Source: Mobula hypostoma
Taxonomy: Eukaryota
Assembly: GCF_963921235.1 (NCBI RefSeq)
Contig: NC_086107.1
Location: 106,828,001-106,892,000 of the forward strand
Direction: 5' to 3'
DNA: 64,000 bases
Below, piece by piece: positions 51,201-64,000 of this stretch. Positions within the stretch are counted from its first letter, which is position 1; each line of letters opens with the position of its first letter. Under the pieces are notes generated by a model, which had not been told where the DNA came from, made no database searches, and worked only from the letters and a program-made list of their open reading frames with translations. The translations under genes and the position numbers were made by a program.

Positions 51201-53844
51201 TATATTTACGGCAGAGGTTGATAGATTCTTGATTAGTCAGGGCATGAAGGGATAGTAGGAGAAGGCAGGAGATTGGGGCTGCGAGGGAAATGGATCCGGC
51301 ATGATGAAATGGTGGAGCAGTCTCGATGGGCCAAATGGCCTAATTCTGCTCCTATATCCTGTGATCTTCAGTCAGAAAATTTTCCATCATTACTTTCCAT
51401 TGTTATTTTTGGTTAGCCAATTTTCTATCCATGCCACTATAGCCCCTATTATTATATAATGTTTATTCTTGATAGCAATATTCTTGATATTATGAGGCAC
51501 TTCAGCCAAAGCCTTTTGGAAGTCTGTATATATTATGTAAAAGATAATGCCTCAATTCTCTTCACTTCAGTAATCTCTGTAAATTTGGTTAGATATAGTT
51601 TGCCTTTAACACATCCATTCTGGCTTTCTCTTAATTGCTTGCCCGAGTGACTCCTAATTCTGTTCCTGATCATTGCTTCAAGAGCTTTCCCTGTGTTAAA
51701 CTGCCAATTGTTGCAGAAGTTATCTTTATTATCTTTTATTGGATTTATTTTAAAATATATGTGCAACGTTTAATTTTATTTGTAGGTTTTGACTTTCTAA
51801 ATGTCAAGAAGCATTCAAAATTGTTATCAGCTGGATTTGCCTTGGAATATAGCTGTACCAGTTGTCAGAGATTTTCTCAGCTGTTCATAGCTGTTACCTG
51901 TCCTCCTTTGTGAGAGGATTATTTTGTAATTGACAGAAGCTAAGATCCTGTAGCAGATTGTTGTGTAGTGATGGTGCATGTAGGAAACTGCTGAGAGGAA
52001 GGTCCAGCTCCTTCAGATTTCAAGATTCAAGATTGCTTATTGTCGTTCTTCAGCACTCAAGGATAAAGGAGAACAAAATATTGTTACTCTGGATCTGATT
52101 CAGCATAAAAAATACAATAAGCATAAAGAACACAAATGTAAATATAAAAGCAATTCTATAAAACCCAATGTACAAGTAACTCTTATATACATTGATTGTA
52201 TGTGTGTATGTAAAGTGACACTAGGAGTTGTGTTTGTAGTGGTGGTAAGGAATCTCAAGGTTGTTTATGTACTTTGATAATAAATTTAGTTTGAGCTTTA
52301 ATGGGCAGAGGTGTTGATGAGCCTGACTTCTTGGGGGATGTAACTGCTTTTTGAGTCTAGTGGTCCTGCTGTTGATTCTGTGCAGCTTCTTCCCTGATGA
52401 GAGTGGGAAAGACAGTCCATGAGCAAGGTGTGTGGGATCCTTCATGATATTAGACCATAAGATATAGGAGCTGAATTAGGCCATTTGGCCCATCAAGACT
52501 GCTCCACCATTTCATCATGGCTGATCCATTTTCCCTCTCAGCCTCAATCTCCCGCCGTCTCCCGTATCCCTTTGTTCCCTGACTGATCTAGAACCTATCA
52601 ACCTCTGCCTTAAATATACCGAATGACTTGGCCTCCACAGCCGCCCGTGGCAACGAATTCCATAGATCACCACTCTCTGGCTATTGCTGACCTTTCTCTG
52701 GTCCTTGATGGTGCCGGCAAAGGGATGTTTGCAGAAATTTCAGGATTACTAGTCCAGTCACACTTTGATCATATTTAAGTAAAGTCTTAAAAAAAAAGTC
52801 TGGATTTCCACCCAAAATGCCAACAATTCCTTCCCATCTCCCACAGATAATCCCAATTTGTTGAGCTCATCAGGCAGATTGTTTGTTAATCCAGGTTGTA
52901 GTTTCTGCAATCTCGTTAACAAAGAACTACACGTGATGTAAATCCTGGAAACATTCAGGTCAGGCAGCATCAATCAATAGTTAATGGTTCCGATCCAGGA
53001 CCTTTTGTCAAGGGTACTGATGACAGATTCCGGCCATGAGTTGTTAACACTTTTTCTCCATGGATGCTGTATGACTTGCTGCATATTTCCAGAATTTTCT
53101 GTTTTTATGCCAAATTTCACTAAAACTGTGTGCCGATGGTGATTTTAATGTTGTCATTTAACTCTGTCTTTTAGGTGACTCCACTGTTGGGAAGAGTGCA
53201 TTGATGCAAGTATTTCGCAGTGAAAGTGCCCATTTTCTGAAAAATTATACCATGGTAGGTCAGTTGATCTGTGCTTCAGTCTTAAAAATGTCCAGACATA
53301 ATGTTTGTGAATTTATAGCAGTAGTAAGATAGAAAATCAAGAAAAGTGGAAGCAAGACCAGGATATTCAGCCCTTCAAGTCTGCTCTCCCATTCAGTTTG
53401 ATCATGGCTGACCCTGTACCTCAATACTATTCAATTCTGTCTCCGATGACCCCTTTTGTGTCCTGGAAGTAACTAAGGTAAGAGACAATAATCAAACAGG
53501 TATCCATCCATCCAGCGTCCTCTTTGACATTTTACCATCAGGAAGGAGACTCCGATGCATAAAGACGAGTACGGTCACGATGGGAAACATTTTCTTCCCT
53601 CAGGCCATTAGGCTTCTCAACTCCCTGCCACATCGCATTTGAAGTGTCACTGGATAATTTGTACTGTACCCTACTATATTTAATTTATGCACTTTACTTT
53701 GTTTATCTATGCATAATCTATGTGGATTTGTAATTCCTGCTTTCCTAAGTTATTGTGTTTTTATATATATATATGTGTGTATATACACACACACACATAT
53801 ATATATATAGATATATACATACACACACACATATATATACATAT

Positions 53845-53893
<49 letters not shown>

Positions 53894-56800
53894 CACACAA
53901 TAACTTAGGAAAGCAGGAATTACAAATCCACATATATATGTGTGTGTGTGTATGTATGTGTTATGTGTACTACTGTGCTTTACACCCTTGTCTATAGAAA
54001 CATTTCATTTGGCGGTATACATATACATAGTGAATTGACAATAAACTTGACTTAACTGGGAGATACAGTATTGCCAGTGATGCTGAGAATAACTCTTTTT
54101 AAAACCAGTAGTGCCTTGTAGTAAAGTGAAGGGACTTCTGGGCCATTTGACATTGAGAAAGATACTGGAACAAGCAGGCAGAGGTTTTGTCAGGGTATTT
54201 GGGAGCTTAAGGAAAAAGTGAGAGGCATAGTTTTTGGGTAGACATTTTAGAATTTAGGCTGAAGATGGCTAAGGGTGGAGCCATAAAAATTGGGAATGTG
54301 CATATAGGCAGAAGTGGAGATATGTGGGTACCTCAGTCCTGTAAAGTTGATAACAGAGGGATTTTATAACAGGATTCTAGTAATTTCCATGTAGGATAGC
54401 AAGCATTGGTCTGATGGGTAAACAGGGCTTGGTGCAAGATAGGAATGAACTTGGAAAGAAATTTGACACCAACACTTGTTTAGTGCATGTTGCCAAAGCT
54501 TGGTTGGGTGTGGTTTTAAGATGGTATTGATAAATATTTAAAATGAGAAACAGAAAATACTAAAAAAATACTCAGTGGGTCACGCAACACCTGTGGGGAA
54601 AATTCCGTCCACAGAGTTCCTCACCTACTGAGTACACCATATTCTGTTTATATTTCGGAGTTTCATAGTCTGCAGATTTTTGCTTTTCAGGGTAAAGACT
54701 TGAGCAGCCTTAGGGCATTGTTAATTGTGAATTTGCAAGAATCTAATTTTTTAGGCAATGAGGACATTTGCGAGGTGGCTTAATTGCTCCCCCTGCGCAA
54801 GAAGCACATCCAGCCTGTTGTCTCAGAAAGATGCTGAGTGGAGCTACAAGAGGGTAGAAACTTGCCTGGAGAAGCTGTTACCCTCCCCATTTGCTTAGAG
54901 AGGTTTTAATGCAAAGCATGGAGGTGGTGCAATAACAAGTCAAAGTCAAGTTTATTGTCAGAGGCTCAAGTACACGTATGCATGTGCAGCAGCATGATAC
55001 AAGTAGCATTCATAAGAAAAACATAAATTAAACAATTTTTACATGAAAGAACACATTGGTAGCACAGCAGTTAGTGTGACGCTATTACAGCTCAGGGTGT
55101 TCCAGAGGTCGGAGTTCAATTCCGGCACTGTCTGTATGGCATTTGTATGTTCTCCCCATGAACCGTGTGGGTTACCTCTGGGTACTCCGGTTTCCTCTCA
55201 CAGTCCAAAGATATACTGGTTAGTAAGTTAATTGATCACTGTAGATTGTCCTGTGATTAAGCTAGTGTAGGTGCATTGCTGGGCACCAAGGGTCTGTTCT
55301 CCGCTGTATAAACAAAAATAAATAAACATAACTATAACAAAAAAATACACAAGTCCACTTTAGTGCAAAGTTGTCATAGTGTTGCTAAACTGTAGTGATT
55401 AGGGTTGTGCCAGTTGATTGAAGTAGCTGTTCTTGAACCTTGCGGTGTGGAGATTCTGGCTTCAGAACCCGCTGCCCTTTGGCAGCTGTGAGAAGGAGGC
55501 AAGGCCTGAATAGTGGAATCTTCAGTGATGCAGATACTATCTACGGGTGGTAGGGAGGGATGTGCCAGTGATGTATTGGACTGAGTCCACAGGAAGGCTG
55601 ATTTTGTGTTCTGTGAAAAAGCAATATTCATCTATCATAAAGCAGGCTGAGTCAGACAAGAGGAATCTAGAGTCAAACTGGCACAGGAAAATTTATACCA
55701 TTACTTGTCGACTGGAGATGGGGTGGAGCGGTGAAGGCAGAAACTCTAGGCTATTCTTACTGGTTGAAAGAAGCCATAAGTCTCAAAACGGAAATTAAGG
55801 GAAGGCTTGTGTTCATTTGTATCAGTCTTGTAATGAGAAGCGTCAGGGTGTATCCTCGTTAGTGCTGAGTTTTTACCATTCACTTTTGCTCGGTGTCCTC
55901 AAAGAAGTTCACTGCCCTTTCCAGTCCTGAAGAAGGGTCTCGGCCCGAAACGTTGACTGTTTATTCATTTCCATAGATGCTGAGTTCCTCCAGCATTTTA
56001 GTGTGTGTGTGTTGCTTTGGATTTACAGCATCTGCAGTCTTTCTTGTGTTTATAAATTACTTAAAGTTACTGATTTTCCAGATGATTCCCCAAATTTAAG
56101 TTTTAATGAAACAAAAATGAGTGAACTCAGCTCTGAGGTAGTTTCACTTTGGGTGGAACCATCTTGACAGGAACCTTAATAATGGAAAAATAACCTGATG
56201 TTAGGATTAAAATATTACTTTGTGTGGGCAGGTTGCATTATGTTGGGTTGCAAGGAGGGATTGAGCAGGATCCTTTAAACTTCAGAAGGAGGATAGTATG
56301 TGCTGAGATTTCTGAGAGGACTTTAGAGTATGCCAGAAAGATGTTTCCTAAAACTAGGGAGGATAGACTCATGATGAGGGATTGGTCATGTTAGCATTGA
56401 GATTTGAAATTCCTTCACAGAGAGTTCAGAGTTCAAGATTCAAAGTACATTTACTATCTGATGTATGCAATATACAACCCTGAGATTCATCTTCCCACAG
56501 ACAGTCACAAAACAAAGAAACATCATGGAACCTGTACAAAGAAAATATCAAACACCCAACGTGTTTAAAAAAAGAATAAATCATGCAAACAGCAAAAACT
56601 AACTGAAAAACACAGAAGATAAAACATCAGTGTAGTTCAGTTCAGTTTAGCGCGGTGTTGTTCATTGACTGTAAGCTGCAGAGCCAATCTGTCTCGATCA
56701 AAATTACACAAAATAGCAATAACAAAAGGAGTAACCAGAAACCAGAAACACATCATAACATGAACTATAGAGTCCAATCCACAAATCACATTGATTAAAC

Positions 56801-58709
56801 CTTGAACATGAGAAAATCTGCAGACGCTGGAAGTCCAAGCAACACACGCAAAATGCTGGCCTGCTGGGTTCCTCCAGCATTTTGTGTGTGTTGCTTGATT
56901 AAACCTTGCCCAAGACCCAAGACTCCGGCAGAATCAATCTTGCTTTACGCTTTAATCACGTCCCATCTTGGCCTGGAGGCTGCACACTCTGCTCAAAACC
57001 TCGCTGAACTCCCTCAGAGACCAAGTGCCAAATTGCACAAAGGGGTCAAACACACCATCAAAATGTAAATCACAGGTTCCGATAGAAGCAGAATCATATT
57101 TGAAAGAAAAAGAAGTACTTACGTAAACTGTTGTGTTGTTCGCTGGCGCCACCTTCTTCCAATGAATGGTAACTGTTTAGAATTCTTCACCTCAAAAGGG
57201 CATCAGGAGCTCACTGGTAATTTAAACTTGCAATCCATGTGTTTTAGACTGTTAAAAAAAATTTTGGTGGAAAATGGAGTTATGTCAGAACATCAGCCAT
57301 TAACTCACTGCATGCTCGAGCAGGCTTCTGTTGTGTTTTGGTTGACTGCTGCTCCGTGTTACAAGTCTTAAAATCAAGCCAGGCTTTTAGGAGGAAATCA
57401 GGTGAATATTTTCATCCACAAGGTAGCAGAAGTCTTAGATTTTCCCTGTCAATGGGTTGTGGATACTTTCCTTGTCAATTTAGAACTTTATGATTGAGAT
57501 TTATAGATTTTTACCAATAAGGCCATTGAAGATATGGGAAAATTATATTGTACAGGTCTTCTAGGAACTTTGTAACTTTTCCAAAAGTTGGTGAGATGCG
57601 ACAACGACTCCCTCGTTGATCCTTACTCAGCTGCCAGTACACAGCATGGATGATGTATCCAGGTTACAGTCTAGAGAAAGAGCATACTGTTGGGATGCAA
57701 TATTTCAGTATAACTACTGGATTCCATTGCTGACTTCTCTCGGTTTCATACTTCTTTTATTCATGTATTTATTCTTCTTGCTGTCGTTGACAAGACTAAA
57801 CTAAGTGACTTCCCAGACCATTTAAGAGTCAAGTACATTGGCTGTTTTGGAGAGGCATTGTTGGCCAGATTGGGTGATGATGGGAGATTTTCTGACATGC
57901 ATTATGACATTTTGGTTATCTAATCTATCTTGTCTATCTAATGGAATAGGCTCTTCTGGGCCTTTGAGCTGCGCTGCTCAGCAATCCCCTGATTTTTAAC
58001 CCTCGCCTAATCACAGGATAACAACAATGACCAATTAACCTACCAACCGGTATGTATTTGGACTGTGGGAGGAAACTGGAGCACCCAGGGGAAAAACCAA
58101 GTGGTCAAAGGGAGAATGAACAAACTCCTTCCAGGCAATGTCATGACTAAGATTAATTCGCTTTTTAAATTGCAGATTATTAACGGAATTTAAGTTCCAC
58201 AGTTGCCGTGGAGGGATTTGAATTCTGGTCTCTGGATCCTTACTCCTGACCTCTAGTTGACTAAGTCATCGTCATTCTGATTGTGGATACACCTTCTAGT
58301 AATTTATTTGGGTTTGAATTTTGTAAAAGTGACTGAATTATTGAAGTCTAGTTAGTGAGGTTACAGAATGGCACAGAAATTGAAGTGTGGATGTGCTAAC
58401 AGCCCTTTTTCTGTTTAGACAACTGGAGTGGATGTCTTTGTAAATCCAGTCTCTATCCCAGAAACTTCAGACAGTGTGGTGAGTATTTAAGAAACAGGCG
58501 ACCATTCTATCTGAAATGTACAACTGCTTTTGTTGAGTACAAGAACAGAAAATGTGGCAAAACTTAGGAAGTCAGGCAGTATTTGTGGAAAGAGAAACAA
58601 TCAATGTTTTGGATTTGCGACCCTTCTGAAACTCTGTTTCTCGTTCCACAGATGCTGCTTGTTCTACTATGATTATCTTTTGTTTCATTCTATCTATCTA
58701 TCACATACT

Positions 58710-58753
<44 letters not shown>

Positions 58754-59900
58754 ACACGGAATAGGCTCTTCTGGTCTTTCAAGCTGCACTGCCTAGCTTA
58801 ATCATGGGACAATTTACAAAGATCAGTTAACCTACCAACCGGTACATCTTTGGACTGTGGGAGGAAACCCATGGGGAGAATGTACAAACTCCTTTTTAGA
58901 TTTTGCTTTAAGGGTGGCAGGGTGGTGTGGCGGTTAGTGTAATGCTTTACTGCACCACTGATCACAATTGGGGTTTAATTACCATCACTGTCTGTAAGGA
59001 GTACATTCTCCCCGTGTCCTTGTAAATTTCCTCCCACATTCCAAGGACGTATGGGTTGGGGTTTGTAAATTGTGTGGGCATGCTTTGTGGGTTCCAGAAG
59101 CATGATGACACTTGCAGTTTGCCCCCAGCAGAATACTTGAACTGTGTTGGTTGTTGACACAAACACTGCATTTCACTGTGCAAAAGTCTTAGACACACAT
59201 ACACATACACCCTCTCCCCCAGGGTCCCTAAGACTTTTGCACAATCCTGTACTCTTCAACGTGGAGCAGGGAGTGAGCTAGTAAGCCTGGCGGGAGCAAA
59301 GGATGTTGGAAATGACGAGGGTGGAGCGCCCCGGGAGGGGTGTGGAACAGGAGGTAGAGAAGGAGTGCTGGGGCGGACACATCCAGTCCTGAGACAACAG
59401 ACAAAGTCGTTTGATTCCAAATAATTGGTTTACTGATCATTACAGAATGTCTCTCTGATGCTTTCCATCCCCTCCCCTCTCCTTTCCTCTTTTTCCAGCC
59501 ACGATTCCTCACTCCTTGACCCCTTTCCACTCTCAGTCCACAATAGAGACCCAGATCAGAATCGGGTTGATTATCACTCACGTATGTCATTAAATTTGTT
59601 TTTTTTTGTGGTAGCAGTACAGTGCAACACATAAAATTGCTACAGTACTGTGCAAAAGTCTTAGGTACCCTAGATATATATATACCTGACTTTTGCAGAG
59701 TACTGTACATGCGATAAATAAAGCTAATCTTTAAAAATATGTCCAGCATATATGCAGTTTAAAAAATAATTTACTTCTATTTAGTGTGGCTATCTGTGAT
59801 TGGATATTGATTTATTTTATTCTTGTATTTCTGTTCCCAGGAGCTTTTCCTATTTGACTCTTCAGGGAAAGAGATCTTCTACGACATGGTGGAAAGTCAA
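45183..59900 (+). CDS. IFT27: Intraflagellar transport protein 27 (Rab-like GTPase RABL4), 5' partial
   Basis: Join 45183-45216, 53175-53254, 58419-58478, 59841-59900 gives [79 protein letters not shown]-loop GDSTVGKS and G3 DSSG present; all introns GT-AG; further exons not found in the window. Confidence 0.93.
45700..45815. repeat. 23-bp tandem repeat, about 5 copies
   Basis: CTACTCTTGTCCT(C/G)TTCAACCCT repeated inside a CR1 remnant. Confidence 0.85.
47015..47556 (+). mobile_element. Internally deleted partial-tandem Penelope element with two hammerhead-bearing pLTRs
   Basis: Direct repeats ~47015-47141 and ~47427-47556 flank a short ORF start; hammerhead cores at 47041-47078 and 47457-47494. 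Confidence 0.8.
47776..48000 (+). mobile_element. tRNA-derived SINE
   Basis: A-box TGGCCGAGTGG, B-box GGTTCGAGCC, then a non-tRNA body shared with 25520-25760. Confidence 0.75.
48011..48330 (+). mobile_element. Mariner-derived non-autonomous element
   Basis: TA TSDs; TIRs CAAGGGGTGATTGATAAGTTTGTGGCC / GGCCACAAACTTATCAATCACCCCTCG; transposase C-terminal remnant [26 protein letters not shown]. Confidence 0.9.
50010..51365 (+). mobile_element. Degraded CR1 3' part, interrupted by a TIR element
   Basis: [32 protein letters not shown]. Confidence 0.85.
50131..50714. mobile_element. Non-autonomous DNA transposon with 13-bp TIRs
   Basis: CAGACATCCCACC ... GGTGGGATATCTG flanked by AGGAAG on both sides. 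Confidence 0.75.
53175..53254 (+). CDS. IFT27: IFT27 coding exon 2
   Basis: [27 protein letters not shown]; 80 nt; AG/GT. Confidence 0.93.
53719..53934. repeat. (TA)/(CA) microsatellite flanked by a ~50-bp inverted repeat
   Basis: TATGTGGATTTGTAATTCCTGCTTTCCTAAGTTATTGTG... recurs as its reverse complement after the microsatellite. Confidence 0.9.
56805..56894. mobile_element. Penelope pLTR fold-back remnant
   Basis: 14-bp TSD TTGATTAAACCTTG at 56791-56804 and 56895-56908; short inverted arms. Confidence 0.75.
58419..58478 (+). CDS. IFT27: IFT27 coding exon 3
   Basis: [20 protein letters not shown]; 60 nt; CTAAC branch point; AG/GT. Confidence 0.92.
59643..59705. mobile_element. Tiny Tc1-type MITE (relative at ~59174-59250)
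   Basis: TA-CAGTACTGTGCAAAAGTC...GACTTTTGCAGAGTACTG-TA. Confidence 0.75.
59841..59900 (+). CDS. IFT27: IFT27 coding exon 4
   Basis: [20 protein letters not shown]; 60 nt; AG/GT. Confidence 0.92.
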
Positions 59901-62499
59901 GTATGGTGATCAATTAGTGGATTTAACTCTCAACGGAGCACTTGTGCTACTTGTTCCAGATGGGGCATGAGGCGGGGTCATTTACCATTAGGCTACTTCC
60001 AACTTCACTCTGAAGCAGTACATTGACTATGGATCAGAGCTTTCATTTAGATAACGACACAAAATGCAGGAAACACTCAGTAGATCAGGCAGCATCTGTC
60101 GGGAAAAAGAAAATGAAGAGGAGTCTTCAACCTGAAATGTTCACTCTGTTTTTCATTCCATTGGTGCTGCCTGACCTGCTGAATGTTCCCAGGATTCTGT
60201 TTTTATGTCAGATTTCCATCATCTGTAGTTTTTAAAAAATTTCTGTGCTGACTCTCCTCGTTATATACTACTTTGGCTGTGCCAGGTAACTGGCAATTGA
60301 ATGAGTGCGAGTGCCAACCTTTTTCCCGGCGCATACGTCTTTGATTGTCCAGTGTAAATGGGTTGATTCTTAACTGCCTGACGTAGTCATGGGATTCTTC
60401 AAAGGATGGAAATCTTGAGCAACACACACAAAATGCTGGAGGGATTCAGCAAGTCAGGCAGTATCTATTGGAATGAATAAACAATCAATGTTTCATCAGG
60501 ACTGGAAAGGAAGGGGGCAGAAACCTGAATAAGAAGATGGGGGAGGGGAGGAGTACAAGCTGGCAGATGATGAGTGAGACCAGATGAGGGGGAAGGTGGG
60601 TGGGTGGGAGAGGAGAAGGGATAGGTGGAAGAGGTAATAGGTGAGACCAGGTGAGGGGGAAGATGGATGGATGGGTGGGAAAGGAGAGGTAGTAGGTGGA
60701 AGAGGTAAAGGGCTGAAGAGGAAGGAATCTCCCGGTAGCTACTGATTTCAGCTTGACTTCTCATTTCCATTCTGACATATCTGTCCATGGCATCTTTTCA
60801 TACTCAGGTTGGAGAAGCAATTCCTTATACTCCGTTGGCATAGTCTCCAACGTGATTGCATGAGCATTGATTTTTCTAACTTTTAATTACGACCCCCGAC
60901 CCTCCTCTATTTTTCCATTCATCATTCTGATTACCCTCTCACCTTTTCCCCTCACCTGCCCATTACTACTTTCCAGTTCCCGTCCTCCCTTCCTTTCTTT
61001 CGAGGTCCACTGTCTTCTCCTATTAAATTCCTTTTTCTTCAGCCTTTCCCCCCACCTACCTATCACCTCCCTGCTTCTTACTTCATCCCCACCCACCCAA
61101 CTCCCCCTCACCTGCTCTCACCTATCGCTTACACACAAGAGGTTCTGCCGATGCTGGAGATCCAGAGCAACACACACACAAACCGTTGGGGGAGCTCAGC
61201 AGGTCAGGCACCATCTATGGAAATGAATAAACAGTTGGATATTTTGGGTCGAGATCTGAAGAAGGGTCTTAATCCGAAACATCAACTGTTTATTTGTTTT
61301 CAGAGATACTGCCTGACCTGCTGAGTTCTAGCATTTTGTGTATATCACCTATCACTTGCCAGTTTGTACTCCTTCCCCTCCCCCCCCCACCTACTTAATC
61401 TGGCTACTGCCCCCTTCCTTTCCAGTCCTGATGAAGGGTCCTAGGCCGAAACATCGACTGTTTATTCCCCTCTTTAGATGCTTTTACTTGCTCATGCTTT
61501 TTTTTTGCATTTCTCTTTATTGGCATTGGGTGCAAAATGAATTTCTGATGTGAAGACTCCACTTTATTGTGTTTCTTTTGACTTTGCTATTTTGGTGCAG
61601 TCTAGTCTCTAAAGCGATTTTTACAAGAATTCAGCAAACTTGCTTTCTTGATTCCGTCATCATCATGTGGAGATATTGTGATGTTTTGTCTGCATTGTTT
61701 AGATCTCTGGTTGAGAGCTCTGCTGAATTGGTTTCCCTGGGGTCACTGTGTTGTCTTTTGTTCTGGAAGTTGACTATCTGATTTGAGTATTGCACTGAAA
61801 TGGAGCCTAAGGCTATCCACGGCAGAGTGCAGTTTTACAGTCAAAAAGGTTATACCACATGAAAACAGTCTCTTCCGCCCAACTGGTCCATGCAAACCAG
61901 GATGTCCCATCCAAGTTAATCCCATTTTTCACCATAACCTTATAAGACTTTCCAGTGTCTGTACCTGTCTAGTGTCTTTTACATGTTGTTATTATACTTG
62001 CCTCAACCACTTCTTCTGGCAGCTGATTCCTCATGGATATCATCCTTTGAGCTGGAAATGTCGCCCCTCAAGTTCCTCCTAGATCTTTCTTCAAGACCAT
62101 TAGACATGGTCAGCCGAAGGGCCGGTTTCCATGTGGTATAACTTGATGACTCCAAATCAGATAGAGTCATAGAGTTATACTGCTTAGTATCAGGCCTTCG
62201 GCCGACCATGTCAGTGGTGACCATGTCTTATGGTGCTGAAGAAACATATAGGAGGAACTTGAGGGGCAATTTTTTTTTTTTTGACACAAAGGATGGTATC
62301 TAGATGCAATCAGCTGCCGGAAGAAGTGGTTGAGTCAGGTATAAGAATGACATTTTAAAAGACACTGGGCAGATAGAGAGACTGGAAAGATTTATAAGGG
62401 TTATGAGTCAAACATTGGCAAATGGGACTGACTTGGATAGGACATCTTGGTTTGGACCAGTTGGGCCAAAGAGGCCTGTTTCCATGCGGTATAATTATG

Positions 62500-64000
62500 A
62501 CGCCTGAGGATAAAAAGCAGGAGCGGTTCGCAGCAGCGTTATAGAGCTTTGACCAGTGGCCATTCGGCGTTTGGGATTAATTAGTAAGAGCAAATTATGA
62601 GAAGGCTGGGGCAAGCACAGTGGCCATCATCGGAGTGGATGTATTCAGAGTGGTGATCTTCAGGCTTCAGCAGAGGGAGGCTTTGCTCAGAGAAAGCAAG
62701 TCTCAAGTTTCTTTTCTCTTCTCTTTATATCTGTTCAGCTAGGTAGCTATGACAGGGTAGTGCAGTGCTCCTCTTGCAGGATGTGGGAAGGCAGGGAGGC
62801 CTCCAGTGTCCCTGACCACTATAACTGAGAGATGCATCCAGCTGCAGCTTCTAGCAAATGGCATTAAGGATTTGGAGCTGGAACTGAACTCTGGATCATT
62901 TGGGAGGCTGAAGGGGTGATAGGACATATAGAGAGGTAGTTATACCCAAGGCGCAGGACATAGGAAACTGGGTGACAGGAAGGGAAAAGAGGTTAAGGCG
63001 TCAATGCAGAATACCCCTCTGGCCATCCCTCTCAACAGTAAGTATACCACTTTGGATACTGTCAGGGGAGATGAGCTAACAGTGGAAAGTCTCAGTGGCC
63101 GGGTCTCTGGCATGACCACTGCCTATGTGACTGATGGGAAGGAGGAGGAAGAAGCATGCTGTGATGGGAGGGGATCTGTTAGGGAACAGACAGGAGGTTC
63201 TATGGGTGAGAATGAGATTCCTGGATGGTATGTTACCTCCCAGATGCTAGGGTCCAGGATATCTTGGATCGAGTCCTCAGCATTCTTAAGTGGGAGGGTG
63301 AACAGGCAGAAGTCGTGGTCCATGTAGGTACCAATGATATGGGTAGGATGCGTGACGAGATTTTGCGTAGGGAGTTCAGGGAGTTGGGTGCTAAGTGAAC
63401 CCTCCAGGGTTGTGATTTTTGGGATTGCTACCTATGCCTCGTGCTAGTGAGGCTACTACTAGGAAGATTATACAGTTTAATATTTGGCTAAGAAGATGGT
63501 GTGGGGGGGGGGTCATAAGATTTTTGGATCATTGGTCTGTCTTCCAGGGAAGGTGGGACCTGTACAGAAAGGATGGTTTGCACCTGAACTGGAGGGGAAC
63601 TAGTTTCCTGGTGGGAAGTTTGTTAATGCTGCATGATGGGGTTTAAACTAGAGTTGCAGGGGGATGGGTACCAGACTGCTGGAACAATTAGTGGAGAGGT
63701 TGTGGAGGCAGATGTTGGTAAGACCTCAGACCAAGTCTGGAATCAAAAGGTTGAACATGGTGCACCAAAATCAAAAAGGGTGAATACAGGACTGTAGGTG
63801 TTGTATCTGAATGTGCACAGTAAATGGAATAAGGTAGGTGAACTTGCAGCACAGTTGTAGATTGGTAAGTATGATGTTGTAGGCATCATGGAGTCATGGC
63901 TGAAAGAAGATTGTAGCTGGGAGCTTAATGTCCAAGGCAATACATTGTATCGGTAGGATAGGCAGAAAGGCACAGGGCTGCATCACTCTGTTGATAAACA
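62500..64000 (+). mobile_element. CR1 LINE 5' part (ORF1 zinc finger/esterase, start of ORF2), degraded
   Basis: Homologous to 18600-20040; FLDHWSVFQGRWDLYRKDGLHLN. Confidence 0.85.

Noticed and set aside
61569..61781. Next IFT27 exon
   Set aside because: No frame I checked resembles the expected W....LCLVYDV segment; it probably lies beyond the window.

Overview
Vertebrate genomic DNA, very rich in transposable elements. The repeat set (CR1, Rex/L2-type LINEs, Penelope elements, V-SINE/HE1-like SINEs) suggests a cartilaginous fish, probably a ray; this is inference. Two host genes lie on the + strand. RPL3 is complete: 10 coding exons at 26787-37036, 403 aa, a TATA + TCT/5'TOP promoter, one GC-AG intron, and intronic C/D snoRNAs SNORD43 and SNORD83. 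IFT27/RABL4 has its first four coding exons at 45183-59900 and runs off the window. The rest is nested TEs: a decayed Gypsy provirus and solo LTR, CR1 copies (one with an intact RT ORF in RPL3 intron 9), Penelope elements with minimal hammerhead ribozyme motifs, RTE-derived short elements, and Tc1/mariner/hAT MITEs. The main leads are: (i) a strong cryptic PTC-introducing acceptor at snoRNA-typical distance behind SNORD43; (ii) a multi-helix RNA structure in RPL3 intron 3 enclosing a second cryptic acceptor; (iii) a tandem-hammerhead, retrozyme-like Penelope unit in sense orientation in an IFT27 intron; (iv) repeated fold-back Penelope mini-insertions with 12-14 bp TSDs. All coordinates were read by eye, and TE boundaries without TSDs are approximate.
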